Part shown: positions 45,397 to 53,608 of the stretch, one piece after another | How positions within the stretch are numbered: position 1 is the stretch's first letter | Layout of the letters: every line of letters begins with the position of its first letter | Source of the DNA: a virus | Taxonomy: Duplodnaviria > Heunggongvirae > Uroviricota > Caudoviricetes | DNA: 64,000 bases | Strand: one strand, 5' to 3' | Virus record (IMG/VR): IMGVR_UViG_3300015262_000003 | Location: 39,242-103,241 of that record | The notes under the pieces: generated by a model | What the model saw: only the letters and a program-made list of their open reading frames with translations | Told to the model about the DNA's origin: nothing | The model's database searches: none | Translations under genes and position numbers: made by a program

Positions 45397-45425
45397 TTGT
45401 ACCGATGGCGATTGGTCGGTACAAT
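45397..45425 (+). promoter_or_regulatory. promoter TTGTAC-N17-TACAAT containing a 7-bp inverted repeat GTACCGA...TCGGTAC (45399-45422)
   Basis: seen directly. Confidence 0.45.
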
Positions 45426-45459
45426 GCTTATAACGAAACGAACAACGGAGCAAGACGAG

Positions 45460-45579
45460 ATGAAAACACTACAGGTGCTTTGCCATAACTCTAAAGGTCA
45501 AGTTGAGTGGATGAAATTCAACGGCGACTATGTGCAAATGATTCATGCGGGTGCATGGGTTCCTGTTCGATTCGTGTAA
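45460..45579 (+). CDS. hypothetical small protein (39 aa)
   Basis: ATG (MKTLQVLCHNSKG) after the promoter with RBS GGAG. Confidence 0.3.
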   Translation: MKTLQVLCHNSKGQVEWMKFNGDYVQMIHAGAWVPVRFV

Positions 45580-45597
45580 CCAACCCCGCCCACCTCA

Positions 45598-45620
45598 AGC
45601 CCCTTAACTGGGGCTTTTTG
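45598..45620 (+). terminator. rho-independent terminator (AGCCCC-TTAACT-GGGGCT + TTTTT)
   Basis: seen directly. Confidence 0.7.
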
Positions 45621-45649
45621 CCAGTAAAACTACTCTGAAAGGTGACACC

Positions 45650-45787
45650 ATGAAATATCAACCATGTTCTAAATGTGGTGCCTTGCACGGATGCACAAGC
45701 AAACACAAGCCTGTCATTGCAGAAGGCTTTGCATGGTGCGGACATTGTGGAACTAAACTCGTTTTGAATCTAAAGAAGGTGGCATAA
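45650..45787 (+). CDS. zinc-ribbon small protein (45 aa, not in ORF track)
   Basis: manual: MKYQPCSKCGALHGCTSKHKPVIAEGFAWCGHCGTKLVLNLKKVA (CxxC...CxxC); RBS AAAGGTGA. Confidence 0.4.
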   Translation: MKYQPCSKCGALHGCTSKHKPVIAEGFAWCGHCGTKLVLNLKKVA

Positions 45788-45788
45788 A

Positions 45789-46043
45789 ATGGGCGTATTA
45801 ATCGAAGTTATCGAATTATCGTCGGTTAATCTGAGTTTGTCGAAGTGTACTGATGGTTTCTGGTTATACGACTACACACGCTGCATGAATCTATCCATGC
45901 GTGCCAAGACAGCACAAGATGCATTTGTGGAAGCGCTAGAATATTATCAAGAGAGGTTGACAAGGGTAGAAAACGAATATAAGGAACTTAATCAAAAGGT
46001 TCAAAGTTTTGTCGGTTTGTTTGCAGAAGACGATGATAATTAA
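45789..46043 (+). CDS. hypothetical protein
   Basis: 84 aa; last gene of the rightward block. Confidence 0.45.
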   Translation: MGVLIEVIELSSVNLSLSKCTDGFWLYDYTRCMNLSMRAKTAQDAFVEALEYYQERLTRVENEYKELNQKVQSFVGLFAEDDDN

Positions 46044-46061
46044 TAATTGATTCCATAAATC

Positions 46062-46090
46062 AGCCCTCTTAATTGAGGGCTTTTCTTTGC
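46062..46090 (+). terminator. rho-independent terminator (AGCCCTC-TTAATT-GAGGGCT + TTTTCTTTGCC)
   Basis: seen directly; ends the rightward block. Confidence 0.7.
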
Positions 46091-46744
46091 CTGCGTTTTG
46101 ACCATGTAAAACCGTCCGAAGTGTATAAGTAGGCTACCCTATTCATTGCTACGCAATGCACCTAATCAAGTGTTGTACTGCGTACAAATAAGCCTTTGCC
46201 TTTGATCTTAAGAGTGGGGAGATACCCCACAAGCTCTAAAGCTTTTGCTCTGTATTGTTTACTATGTAAACAGGTATATAAACAGGCGTTAACGCCTAGT
46301 ATCAGGCAGCTATATGCAGCGCATATAATAGATATAAGCTCAATGCTATGCATTGAATATACATAAACTCATTAAACTATTCATATTCAGGGAACTTGCA
46401 TAAGTCAGGGAATATAAGGCTTAGAGGGTGGCGGCTCGTGTGCGGAGCACACAATGTTGTTTAGTTTAATGATATGATAGTGAGGGAACATGTATTCAAG
46501 GAACTAACATATTGAGACAGTATGTCGCTCTCTACCTCTAGTATGTCTAACCACACTCTCTAACTATAACTACCCATTGTTCCACGTGGAACATAATATA
46601 AACACTATCAGACGGTATATTGTCCCATATTGTGGGATAGATGGTGTATATCAAACGATACGTTCTAATACATAGAATCAATTAGATATGCTCACATGTC
46701 CCATGTATAGTATGCCAATGGTAGAGATTCAACCTTCCAAAATG

Positions 46745-47210
46745 GTGGTTCACAGAACACCTATCACAGAGTGTACATTGATAGAGATAATCAATGATGC
46801 ATGTCAGGCTTGACAAGATACAAACTCTCTGATTCATCCCTCATATGAAGGGATAACGCGTTGCGTAGATTGGGTATTATGTTAAATGCGAATGTATGAT
46901 CATAGTATCATTCAGTTGTCAATGCATTTAGTTCACAGATATAGATAGTACATCACAGAGTGTACATTGATAGATGGGATCTATAATTCTGATCGATAGT
47001 CTTAGTCTAGGGATTTGGCGATTATAATAGACCCACCCTATCTGAGAGTGCCGGGGCGTTAAACCCATTAGCTAAGTTTCAGTGGATTAATGAATATTCA
47101 GAACACTAGTCAACGAACATCACCAGTCACAGAACTAAGTTCACAGAGTTGTTAGATCACAGAGACTGAGTATTCACGGTACAAACCGTGCACGATGATT
47201 CACAGGGATT
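46745..47210. repeat. iteron cluster: at least 9 copies of TCACAGA / TTCACAG in a 470-bp ORF-free region, including an exact 23-bp direct repeat ATCACAGAGTGTACATTGATAGA at 46763-46785 and 46952-46974
   Basis: seen directly; the flanking region also holds perfect palindromes GTTCCACGTGGAAC (46579-46592) and AGGCGTTAACGCCT (46284-46297). Confidence 0.6.
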
Positions 47211-47280
47211 TTCTACAGACGAAAGAAAGCCCCTTCATGAGAAGAGGCTAGTTGATTTTGGGGGAATTGGAATTTTAGGT

Positions 47281-47310
47281 AAAAGAAAACCCCAACTTAT
47301 TAGGTTGGGG
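47281..47310 (-). terminator. rho-independent terminator for the leftward block (CCCCAAC-loop-GTTGGGG + TTTTCTTTT on the minus strand)
   Basis: seen directly, just downstream of the CYTH gene stop. Confidence 0.65.
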
Positions 47311-47318
47311 TGATTGTG

Positions 47319-47780
47319 TTACCAGTTCTTGAATGGGTTTTTAGTCAGATGTGAGTTGTAGTATTTTTCTTGACCTGTAACCTCTGTTTTTACAAATGGT
47401 GGTAATGTTATCTGTTGGTCTACTGATGATAGTTCTACTTCGGCTACTACCAGACCTTTGTTGTCACCATGAAAGAAATCGATTTCCCAATACATGTTGT
47501 CGTGTTTTATTACGCAGCGTGTTTTATCGATCACGCCTACGCATATTTTCAATAGTTCTTCTGCTTCATTGGCGTAGATATCACGCTCCCACTCAAATCG
47601 TGATAACCCATTGTCACTTGATATACCTTTTACAGTAAGTGTACCACGATCTTTTAATAGTCTTACACGGACTGTTCTTTCTGGATCGAGGTTTAGATAT
47701 CCTTGTTTGATGTCATTCACACTGATGAATGGAGTGAGCTTAGTCAGATCCACTAAGAACTTGCGTTCAATCTCTATCAT
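47319..47780 (-). CDS. CYTH-domain protein (CyaB-like adenylate cyclase / triphosphate tunnel metalloenzyme family)
   Basis: 153 aa; the N-terminal EIERKFLV is the CYTH ExExK signature; acidic residues are spread along the beta strands; RBS AAGGAG. Confidence 0.55.
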   Translation of the reverse strand: MIEIERKFLVDLTKLTPFISVNDIKQGYLNLDPERTVRVRLLKDRGTLTVKGISSDNGLSRFEWERDIYANEAEELLKICVGVIDKTRCVIKHDNMYWEIDFFHGDNKGLVVAEVELSSVDQQITLPPFVKTEVTGQEKYYNSHLTKNPFKNW

Positions 47781-47831
47781 TGGTTTTTCTCCTTATGGGA
47801 ATCGAGCAAGTAATCATCCGATACACGTTTG

Positions 47832-48050
47832 TCATACCTTCTCCCTTTGACCATCTTTGATATATCTTTCCATTGCTTCTTCAGGCGATTCAAAGCCATC
47901 GTCCCAATATGCGCAAGCAAGTTGATAAGCATAGTCACCATATGCAAATTCATATTCTGAAAACAGTTCAACCATCTCCATTACCCAATCATATTTATCG
48001 TACATTACAAATCCATCCCATGAAATGCTTCCTGTACTCTCACTCGCCAT
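47832..48050 (-). CDS. hypothetical acidic protein
   Basis: 72 aa. Confidence 0.4.
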   Translation of the reverse strand: MASESTGSISWDGFVMYDKYDWVMEMVELFSEYEFAYGDYAYQLACAYWDDGFESPEEAMERYIKDGQREKV

Positions 48051-48265
48051 TCATGTCTAGGAAATGGATAAGCATAAAGAAATGCCAACAGTTCCCCTGT
48101 ACTAAACCCACCTCGACAGTTGCCAGTGACCATTGCTTCTTGTGGGTTATGAACATGACAGTAAACTTGGTAAGCTTGCATACTCACCACTTGTGGAACA
48201 ACTGGACGTCTACTACGTCGTTCATGTTGAACTGGATGTACAGGGATTGTATTGTCTATACTCAT
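48005..48265 (-). CDS. hypothetical protein
   Basis: ORF with an ambiguous start; overlaps its neighbours. Confidence 0.25.
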   Translation of the reverse strand: MSIDNTIPVHPVQHERRSRRPVVPQVVSMQAYQVYCHVHNPQEAMVTGNCRGGFSTGELLAFLYAYPFPRHEWRVRVQEAFHGMDL

Positions 48266-48266
48266 A

Positions 48267-48434
48267 TCAATGCTCACCCCATTCATACTCAACCCAATAT
48301 TCATTAGTTGGAAATTCAATACTCAACTTTGATAGTTCATAATGAGCATCATATTCTTTGGTGAATACATCACCCTCTATGTATGACCCATCTTGCCTTT
48401 CACCAACAACTTTATAACCAATAATGATATCCAT
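48267..48434 (-). CDS. hypothetical protein
   Basis: start at the internal ATG with a GGAGG SD (MDIIIGYKVVGERQDGSY...). Confidence 0.4.
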   Translation of the reverse strand: MDIIIGYKVVGERQDGSYIEGDVFTKEYDAHYELSKLSIEFPTNEYWVEYEWGEH

Positions 48435-48444
48435 CTTACCTCCG

Positions 48445-48678
48445 TTAAAACCACTTAGTATCTTTATGAACAACAAAGTCATTGTATTCAGGATGATACT
48501 CATTGATGTACTCCCTCAACTCTTCTTCATTCTCCATCAGACCAATTGAGAAGCTAGACATGTAAGCACCATCTTCCCGGCTGGTTTCATAGATATGCAC
48601 TTCCGATGAATAGTCGTGACAGCAATCACAACCAAGCGACCAACTCCAGTATTCGTATTGGATTACATATTCACTCAT
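48445..48678 (-). CDS. hypothetical protein
   Basis: 77 aa. Confidence 0.4.
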   Translation of the reverse strand: MSEYVIQYEYWSWSLGCDCCHDYSSEVHIYETSREDGAYMSSFSIGLMENEEELREYINEYHPEYNDFVVHKDTKWF

Positions 48679-48691
48679 TGTCTTCTCCTAC

Positions 48692-48889
48692 TTACACTTT
48701 AATCAAAATAGCGTTGCGCCAAACACATGGATAAGTTACATACTCTCTCTGATCTAGTACAGCATGTACACGAATACCGGATTCAGTGTAGCCATCTGAG
48801 ATGATAGTGAATCCCTCTCCATCTGGAGTAAAAGGATGTTCCCATTGTTCCAATACTACTTTACCCATCCAACCAAAATCAATGTTCAT
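48692..48889 (-). CDS. hypothetical protein
   Basis: 65 aa. Confidence 0.4.
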   Translation of the reverse strand: MNIDFGWMGKVVLEQWEHPFTPDGEGFTIISDGYTESGIRVHAVLDQREYVTYPCVWRNAILIKV

Positions 48890-49077
48890 CCATAATACTC
48901 CTGTACATATTGACTATACTCTTCAGCGCTGTGTTCCTTAAGCAACACTTCCAACTTGTCACGTCGATCAAGGAGAAGATCAGCAATTGGTCCACTTGGA
49001 TATCTACCGAAGTTCTCCTTGTTTAATTGACCGATCTTAGACTGAATGTCCATCAGTTCATGATAAATAAATAGCAT
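48886..49077 (-). CDS. hypothetical protein
   Basis: 63 aa. Confidence 0.4.
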   Translation of the reverse strand: MLFIYHELMDIQSKIGQLNKENFGRYPSGPIADLLLDRRDKLEVLLKEHSAEEYSQYVQEYYG

Positions 49078-49265
49078 TATTCAAACACCTCAATTTCATC
49101 TACTGTAAAGAATGGCCAATAAGGACTTCTGTCTGTATTACCATTCTGCCATTCTTTGTAATAAGCTTGCATAATCCAACGATAAGCAGCTTTCTTTGTC
49201 GTATACCTAATAACAGTCCAAGATTCCCAATCCATTGTTTGGGTTACTTCATATATCTTCATCAT
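49077..49265 (-). CDS. hypothetical protein
   Basis: 62 aa. Confidence 0.4.
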   Translation of the reverse strand: MMKIYEVTQTMDWESWTVIRYTTKKAAYRWIMQAYYKEWQNGNTDRSPYWPFFTVDEIEVFE

Positions 49266-49423
49266 CTATCTCCGTTCCCCCAAACTTTCATAGCCTCATC
49301 AAGATCCTTATAGAACATCTTGACAGGAGTGATGTATGAACGAGCATACTCTCTAATACATTCGTTCATAGGTTGTTCAAACCAAGGAGATGGTTCAGGA
49401 AGCTTGCACTGTTCGCAATCCAT
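49262..49423 (-). CDS. hypothetical protein
   Basis: start moved to the internal ATG (MDCEQCKLPEP) to reduce overlap. Confidence 0.35.
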   Translation of the reverse strand: MDCEQCKLPEPSPWFEQPMNECIREYARSYITPVKMFYKDLDEAMKVWGNGDR

Positions 49424-49616
49424 ATTTCTCCATATTCTTCTGCATGAAATCCAAAAACCACTGGGGTGTTTCGTCAAATGTCTTATCATCCATTGTAACG
49501 ATCAGATTCAAATCCAGAAGCTCTTTGTGATGCTCACGATCACCAATGAATAACGAATGTTCTCGCATACGACGTTCATATTCATCATTCATTGCTTTAG
49601 TTACGTAACTGGTCAT
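49395..49616 (-). CDS. hypothetical protein
   Basis: 73 aa. Confidence 0.4.
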   Translation of the reverse strand: MTSYVTKAMNDEYERRMREHSLFIGDREHHKELLDLNLIVTMDDKTFDETPQWFLDFMQKNMEKYGLRTVQAS

Positions 49617-49811
49617 TTAAATTACCTTCCTTGCTGGAACATTGAGAACGTGCTTCTCTGTCTTGATAAGGTAAGAGAATACACCACCATCACTACTTTC
49701 ACACACTTCAACAACTTGAGCATAATCACCTTTCATGGCATATACTCGGATACCATCTCGATCAAATACATAATCATTCAGTTTAATCCAATCACCTACT
49801 TGATGCGTCAT
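49617..49811 (-). CDS. hypothetical protein
   Basis: 64 aa. Confidence 0.4.
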   Translation of the reverse strand: MTHQVGDWIKLNDYVFDRDGIRVYAMKGDYAQVVEVCESSDGGVFSYLIKTEKHVLNVPARKVI

Positions 49812-49964
49812 GACAACGTGTCCTCTGAGATAACTACACCATCCAAAAGTAATTGAATAATGTGATAGTCTTTAGATTCCCCATAACCAGTGTAATCCCA
49901 ATCAGATTTAACATTGATTGACAGATTCTCCCGAAGGAATTCAAACAACTCTTCTCTATCCATT
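49811..49964 (-). CDS. hypothetical protein (51 aa, not in ORF track)
   Basis: manual: MDREELFEFLRENLSINVKSDWDYTGYGESKDYHIIQLLLDGVVISEDTLS. Confidence 0.3.
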
Positions 49965-50138
49965 ATATTTCTCCAATGCTTTTTCTAGAATTCGTTTACC
50001 ATTAGGCCAACTACCGTTCATAATACACTGCAAGTATTCCAAGTCCATTTCGATGTTAAGAATATGGTCAATCACATCCTCTGGAACACCAACTTCATTA
50101 TAATACTTGAGTCGTAGACATAGTTCACACTCACACAT
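49956..50138 (-). CDS. hypothetical protein
   Basis: 60 aa. Confidence 0.4.
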   Translation of the reverse strand: MCECELCLRLKYYNEVGVPEDVIDHILNIEMDLEYLQCIMNGSWPNGKRILEKALEKYNG

Positions 50139-51379
50139 TAGGCAACTCCATAGAATTCTTTAACTTCTTTGTCAAGAATTAGATCACGCATACTAATTGG
50201 AGTGGCAATAGACATGTTAGTTAGATCCTTCGCACGCGATAGTGCAACATACAACATCCCATGTGCAAAACACCCACGACCAACATCTACAGCAACACCA
50301 TCAAGTGTCATCCCTTGAGCGCTGTGAATGGTAATAGCCCAACCAAGTTGCAATGGAATCTGTGAGTATTCCCACTCAACTTCCTTAGTTAAGCCTTTTG
50401 CAGTTGCATTGTACTGGTAAGTTTCCCAAGTAAAAGCTTCAACTTCAACGTCTTCTTCAAAACCATCTTTCTCAAGAGTGACAATGACCGAGTTAGCATA
50501 CAAAGCTTTGACAATACCACGTTGCCCGTTGGTGTAAGCACCATCAATATCATTGGCACGGATAATTACATGTGCGCCTTCACGCAGCTTGACAATCTGA
50601 GGTACTGCTACATCATTACTCCACTTACTATTGTTTGTTTGACCATAGAATGTGTGTTCTTTGGTGTCCAAACGGTTGTAATGAATCTGATTAATGCGCG
50701 CAGCATCTTCTTTATAGCAGCACAAGTGAAGAAGTTCATCACCTACACCATCATATGGAAGTGTGTTCTCTTCGATCCACTCAAATGCACGAGCTGCCCA
50801 ACGATCTTTCTTACGGAAAGAATCAAGTACCTTAACGTGAATCTCATTGTCTTGACGATATGCTTTCTCAAGCTCAACAGTCTGGAAGTTCCAAGCATCC
50901 GCGCCAAATGCAAATGATGTCTTGTAGTTCTTATAGAACAATTCCTTTTCACGCCCACTAACAATTGGGCTTAGTTGAAAGAAGTCACCAACCACCACCA
51001 TTTGCACACCACCAAATGGAAGATTATTACCACGGGCCTGTTTCAACCGATGGTCAATCAGTTCCAGAGTGTCAGCACGCACCATTCCAATTTCATCAAT
51101 GATAATCCGGGTAAGATTCTTGTTGCTGAGCAACTTCTTAGCTTTACTTGAGATAGTTGAATAGTCTGTTGTAGTTGGTAGTCCCAATGGGAGTCCAAAT
51201 GTCCTGTGACAAGTCATCCCACCAATGTTGAGCGCCGCAATGCCTGTTGGTGCTGCAAGAATTGTATTCTTATTGGTTACTTGACGAATAACATGACTCT
51301 TACCACGTCCAGCACCACCAGTTAGGAATACGTTCGCTCCTGTTTCAATTAAATCAATTGCTTCTTGTTGTGTTGCCAT
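50138..51379 (-). CDS. SF1B DNA helicase (Dda / Pif1 / RecD-like)
   Basis: 413 aa; Walker A LTGGAGRGKSH, Walker B IIIDEIGMV, C-terminal AITIHSAQGMTLD and LYVALSRA motifs. Confidence 0.8.
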   Translation of the reverse strand: MATQQEAIDLIETGANVFLTGGAGRGKSHVIRQVTNKNTILAAPTGIAALNIGGMTCHRTFGLPLGLPTTTDYSTISSKAKKLLSNKNLTRIIIDEIGMVRADTLELIDHRLKQARGNNLPFGGVQMVVVGDFFQLSPIVSGREKELFYKNYKTSFAFGADAWNFQTVELEKAYRQDNEIHVKVLDSFRKKDRWAARAFEWIEENTLPYDGVGDELLHLCCYKEDAARINQIHYNRLDTKEHTFYGQTNNSKWSNDVAVPQIVKLREGAHVIIRANDIDGAYTNGQRGIVKALYANSVIVTLEKDGFEEDVEVEAFTWETYQYNATAKGLTKEVEWEYSQIPLQLGWAITIHSAQGMTLDGVAVDVGRGCFAHGMLYVALSRAKDLTNMSIATPISMRDLILDKEVKEFYGVA

Positions 51380-51648
51380 TAGTCTTCAATCTCCTCGAAA
51401 ATCCTATTAACATAACTTCCCCAAGCATAAGACTCATCCTTCTTATACTCTTGTTTTGGTGTTGACATAAACACTCCAATAGTCATCGATCCGCGAGTGT
51501 CAATTAGTTCTTCTTTGCAACCGTAGCAAATATAACCAAATGTACCACTGTGGTGATCACACATTACATTGTCACAACCAGCACGACTACAAGACATGAC
51601 GCCCATCAGATCAACTCCACTTCGTGAGGATACATATAGTATGGCCAC
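51379..51648 (-). CDS. hypothetical Cys/His-rich (zinc-binding?) protein
   Basis: 89 aa; CSRAGCDNVMCDHHSGTFGYICYGCKEE. Confidence 0.45.
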   Translation of the reverse strand: MAILYVSSRSGVDLMGVMSCSRAGCDNVMCDHHSGTFGYICYGCKEELIDTRGSMTIGVFMSTPKQEYKKDESYAWGSYVNRIFEEIED

Positions 51649-51830
51649 TTTTCAGGATCGTTATCCAGCATAACATATACATCACCCGGATGATGATCCT
51701 CAACTACAACAACAATGACGCCTGTATTACCCGGTGCAAACATCTGAACACCGATGCCACCCAATTCAGGATCAGTGTAACTATTCTCCAACAGTCTAAC
51801 TTTATCACCGACTTTCATAAATCTCTCCAT
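51606..51830 (-). CDS. hypothetical protein
   Basis: 74 aa. Confidence 0.4.
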   Translation of the reverse strand: MERFMKVGDKVRLLENSYTDPELGGIGVQMFAPGNTGVIVVVVEDHHPGDVYVMLDNDPEKWPYYMYPHEVELI

Positions 51831-52047
51831 TTAATTTGCGATGTTCAACGTAGTCAAGTAAACCACGAGTGTAAGACCAATTCAAACCTAACCAACCTAT
51901 ACTACCACCTTGTGGATGTTTGAAATATACATGGTTTCCACTAGATTGTTCTTTATCAAAGTACCAACCCTCCTTCATGTAATCCTCAGCCTCAAGGAAT
52001 CCACGAAACCAATCACTCTGGATGTATTCTTTCTTCTTTCTAAACAT
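51805..52047 (-). CDS. hypothetical protein
   Basis: 80 aa. Confidence 0.4.
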   Translation of the reverse strand: MFRKKKEYIQSDWFRGFLEAEDYMKEGWYFDKEQSSGNHVYFKHPQGGSIGWLGLNWSYTRGLLDYVEHRKLNGEIYESR

Positions 52048-52096
52048 TTCACTCTCCTAAACGAACAATAGGAGCCATGATAGGCTCCTAGAGTGT

Positions 52097-52660
52097 TCAT
52101 GTCAACAAGTATTTCTGAATCTTTTCCAAATCTTCTGGTTTATTCAGGTTGAAACACGGGATCTTATGATTTGTTGCCAGTTTGATAGCTGTAGCTGTAC
52201 CACCCATTGGAAGTCCTTGTTTAGTGAGCTTTGTCCACGCTACAAGCATGCTACTTGGTGTTTTCAAGTCTTGACCAAGGATCTGATACACGTTGCGAGT
52301 GTGCATCTTTCTAGCCCCTTGTTTACAGGCACTCCAATTTGGATGGATTTGCTCAGCAATTAGTTCAGCAACCATACACAACTCAGGGTTGTCCAAATCT
52401 GGAAGAATGTTACAACCAAACATCATATCACGAGTGTGTTTTTCATATCCATCCCAAGGTAAGAAGATTTCAGCTTTTGTGAAATCACCATTCTCTTGAA
52501 CATGATGAACCCAACCAAGTTCAAATGCTTGGTCAGCACCTTTTGCTCCACCTGTTCTAAGTACCCAACCTTGATCAGCTAACTTCTTACCGAGTTGGCG
52601 CATAACTTCAATAATATGATCTGGTGTTTCTCGTGAGCCAACTCCTGTGTAATATTTCAC
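52097..52660 (-). CDS. SLOG-superfamily (DprA/LOG-like Rossmann fold) protein
   Basis: 187 aa; YTGVGSRETP N-terminus, TGGAKGADQAF (DprA-like GxGID motif) and C-terminal GGTATAIKLA...IPCFNL resemble the DprA/Smf/LOG nucleotide-binding fold. Confidence 0.45.
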   Translation of the reverse strand: MKYYTGVGSRETPDHIIEVMRQLGKKLADQGWVLRTGGAKGADQAFELGWVHHVQENGDFTKAEIFLPWDGYEKHTRDMMFGCNILPDLDNPELCMVAELIAEQIHPNWSACKQGARKMHTRNVYQILGQDLKTPSSMLVAWTKLTKQGLPMGGTATAIKLATNHKIPCFNLNKPEDLEKIQKYLLT

Positions 52661-53059
52661 TTATTTACCCCATTGATTAAATCCGAAATGAACATTCAGT
52701 ATATCACACATGATTGTATATATGACACCACTTTTCTGTCTCATCATTGCTCGACCAGTTCCAATACCGTCTTCAGGGAAGACAATAACCTTTCCTGATT
52801 GTCCAATTGTCCAAAGCTCCCGAAGTGAATTACAAACAATTTCCCTTTCATCTTCCAAATCACTAAAGAAGCTTCCTTCTTTCATACTCGGATAACGTTT
52901 AACCGGAACACCGAATGCATTAGGTTCATTCCTGATGACAGCTTGTCCCGCGCCTTCGCGCACACCTCTTCGAACAATGTTATCACCAAAGACAAATATC
53001 TTATCTGGATGTTGACGACAAAGCTCTACTGACAAGAATTTAGTTGTCTCCACCCTCAT
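52661..53059 (-). CDS. hypothetical protein with a Rossmann-like FVFGDN...GAGQA motif
   Basis: 132 aa; motif KIFVFGDNIVRRGVREGAGQAVIRNEPNAFGVPVKR; family not confidently identified. Confidence 0.4.
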   Translation of the reverse strand: MRVETTKFLSVELCRQHPDKIFVFGDNIVRRGVREGAGQAVIRNEPNAFGVPVKRYPSMKEGSFFSDLEDEREIVCNSLRELWTIGQSGKVIVFPEDGIGTGRAMMRQKSGVIYTIMCDILNVHFGFNQWGK

Positions 53060-53250
53060 TAGATAGGTTCTCGTACACGTGCATCATTCCAAACTTCAAA
53101 ACCTAACACACTCAATTGTTCATTTGTCAAATCAGGAAGAACACGTAATAGAGAAGTGAACTTCTCGAAAGTTTTTTCCTCTTGTTCTTCCGGCTTAGTC
53201 AGTCTCATTGCGTGTTGACGTAGCTGATCGATACGTTCTTCATATTTCAT
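53059..53250 (-). CDS. hypothetical protein
   Basis: 63 aa. Confidence 0.4.
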   Translation of the reverse strand: MKYEERIDQLRQHAMRLTKPEEQEEKTFEKFTSLLRVLPDLTNEQLSVLGFEVWNDARVREPI

Positions 53251-53447
53251 CGACTACCATCCTTCCAGACATATGTAAGTTTGAAATGAAGCTCATTATC
53301 CAGAATAACTGGATTAATAGCAAGTTCTTTCGGTTCAATCCAACGACAATGTTCAATTGCTTGATCCATTGTCTTGAAGTATCGTTCTGCAAATTGAGGT
53401 GATTCATGAATTCCCTCCAATACTTTCTCTGTCATAATGATCCCCAC
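53247..53447 (-). CDS. hypothetical protein
   Basis: 66 aa. Confidence 0.4.
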   Translation of the reverse strand: MGIIMTEKVLEGIHESPQFAERYFKTMDQAIEHCRWIEPKELAINPVILDNELHFKLTYVWKDGSR

Positions 53448-53608
53448 ATGTTATTTGCAATATCTGGATGCTCCAGTTCAAACTTCTTCCAACTCTCAAT
53501 AAAATCTGATAATCGTTTAGAGTTTGCTTCTTTCTCTTCTTCGGTCATGACCCTTGGTGTTAACTTTGGGAGATTCCCGTAATGCCAAATGATTCTAGGC
53601 TCGACCAT
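53432..53608 (-). CDS. hypothetical protein
   Basis: start moved to the internal ATG with a GGAG SD, 11 nt after the phosphatase stop. Confidence 0.4.
   Translation of the reverse strand: MVEPRIIWHYGNLPKLTPRVMTEEEKEANSKRLSDFIESWKKFELEHPDIANNMWGSL

Noticed and set aside
46745-47210. Considered whether the TCACAGA repeat cluster could be a CRISPR array
   Set aside because: Repeat units are only 7-8 bp with irregular spacing and there is no 24-48 bp repeat/spacer periodicity; consistent with iterons, not CRISPR.
46091-47280. Searched by eye for tRNA genes (T-loop GGTTCGAATCC-like motifs, cloverleaf-compatible stems) in the large non-coding region and in 25341-25853
   Set aside because: No segment with a recognisable T-arm/anticodon architecture was found; tRNAs cannot be formally excluded without tRNAscan-SE/Infernal.
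47777-47971. 64-aa ORF overlapping the CYTH gene start and the gene 47832-48050
   Set aside because: Occupies the SD/spacer of the CYTH gene and overlaps a better acidic ORF in another frame; likely spurious.
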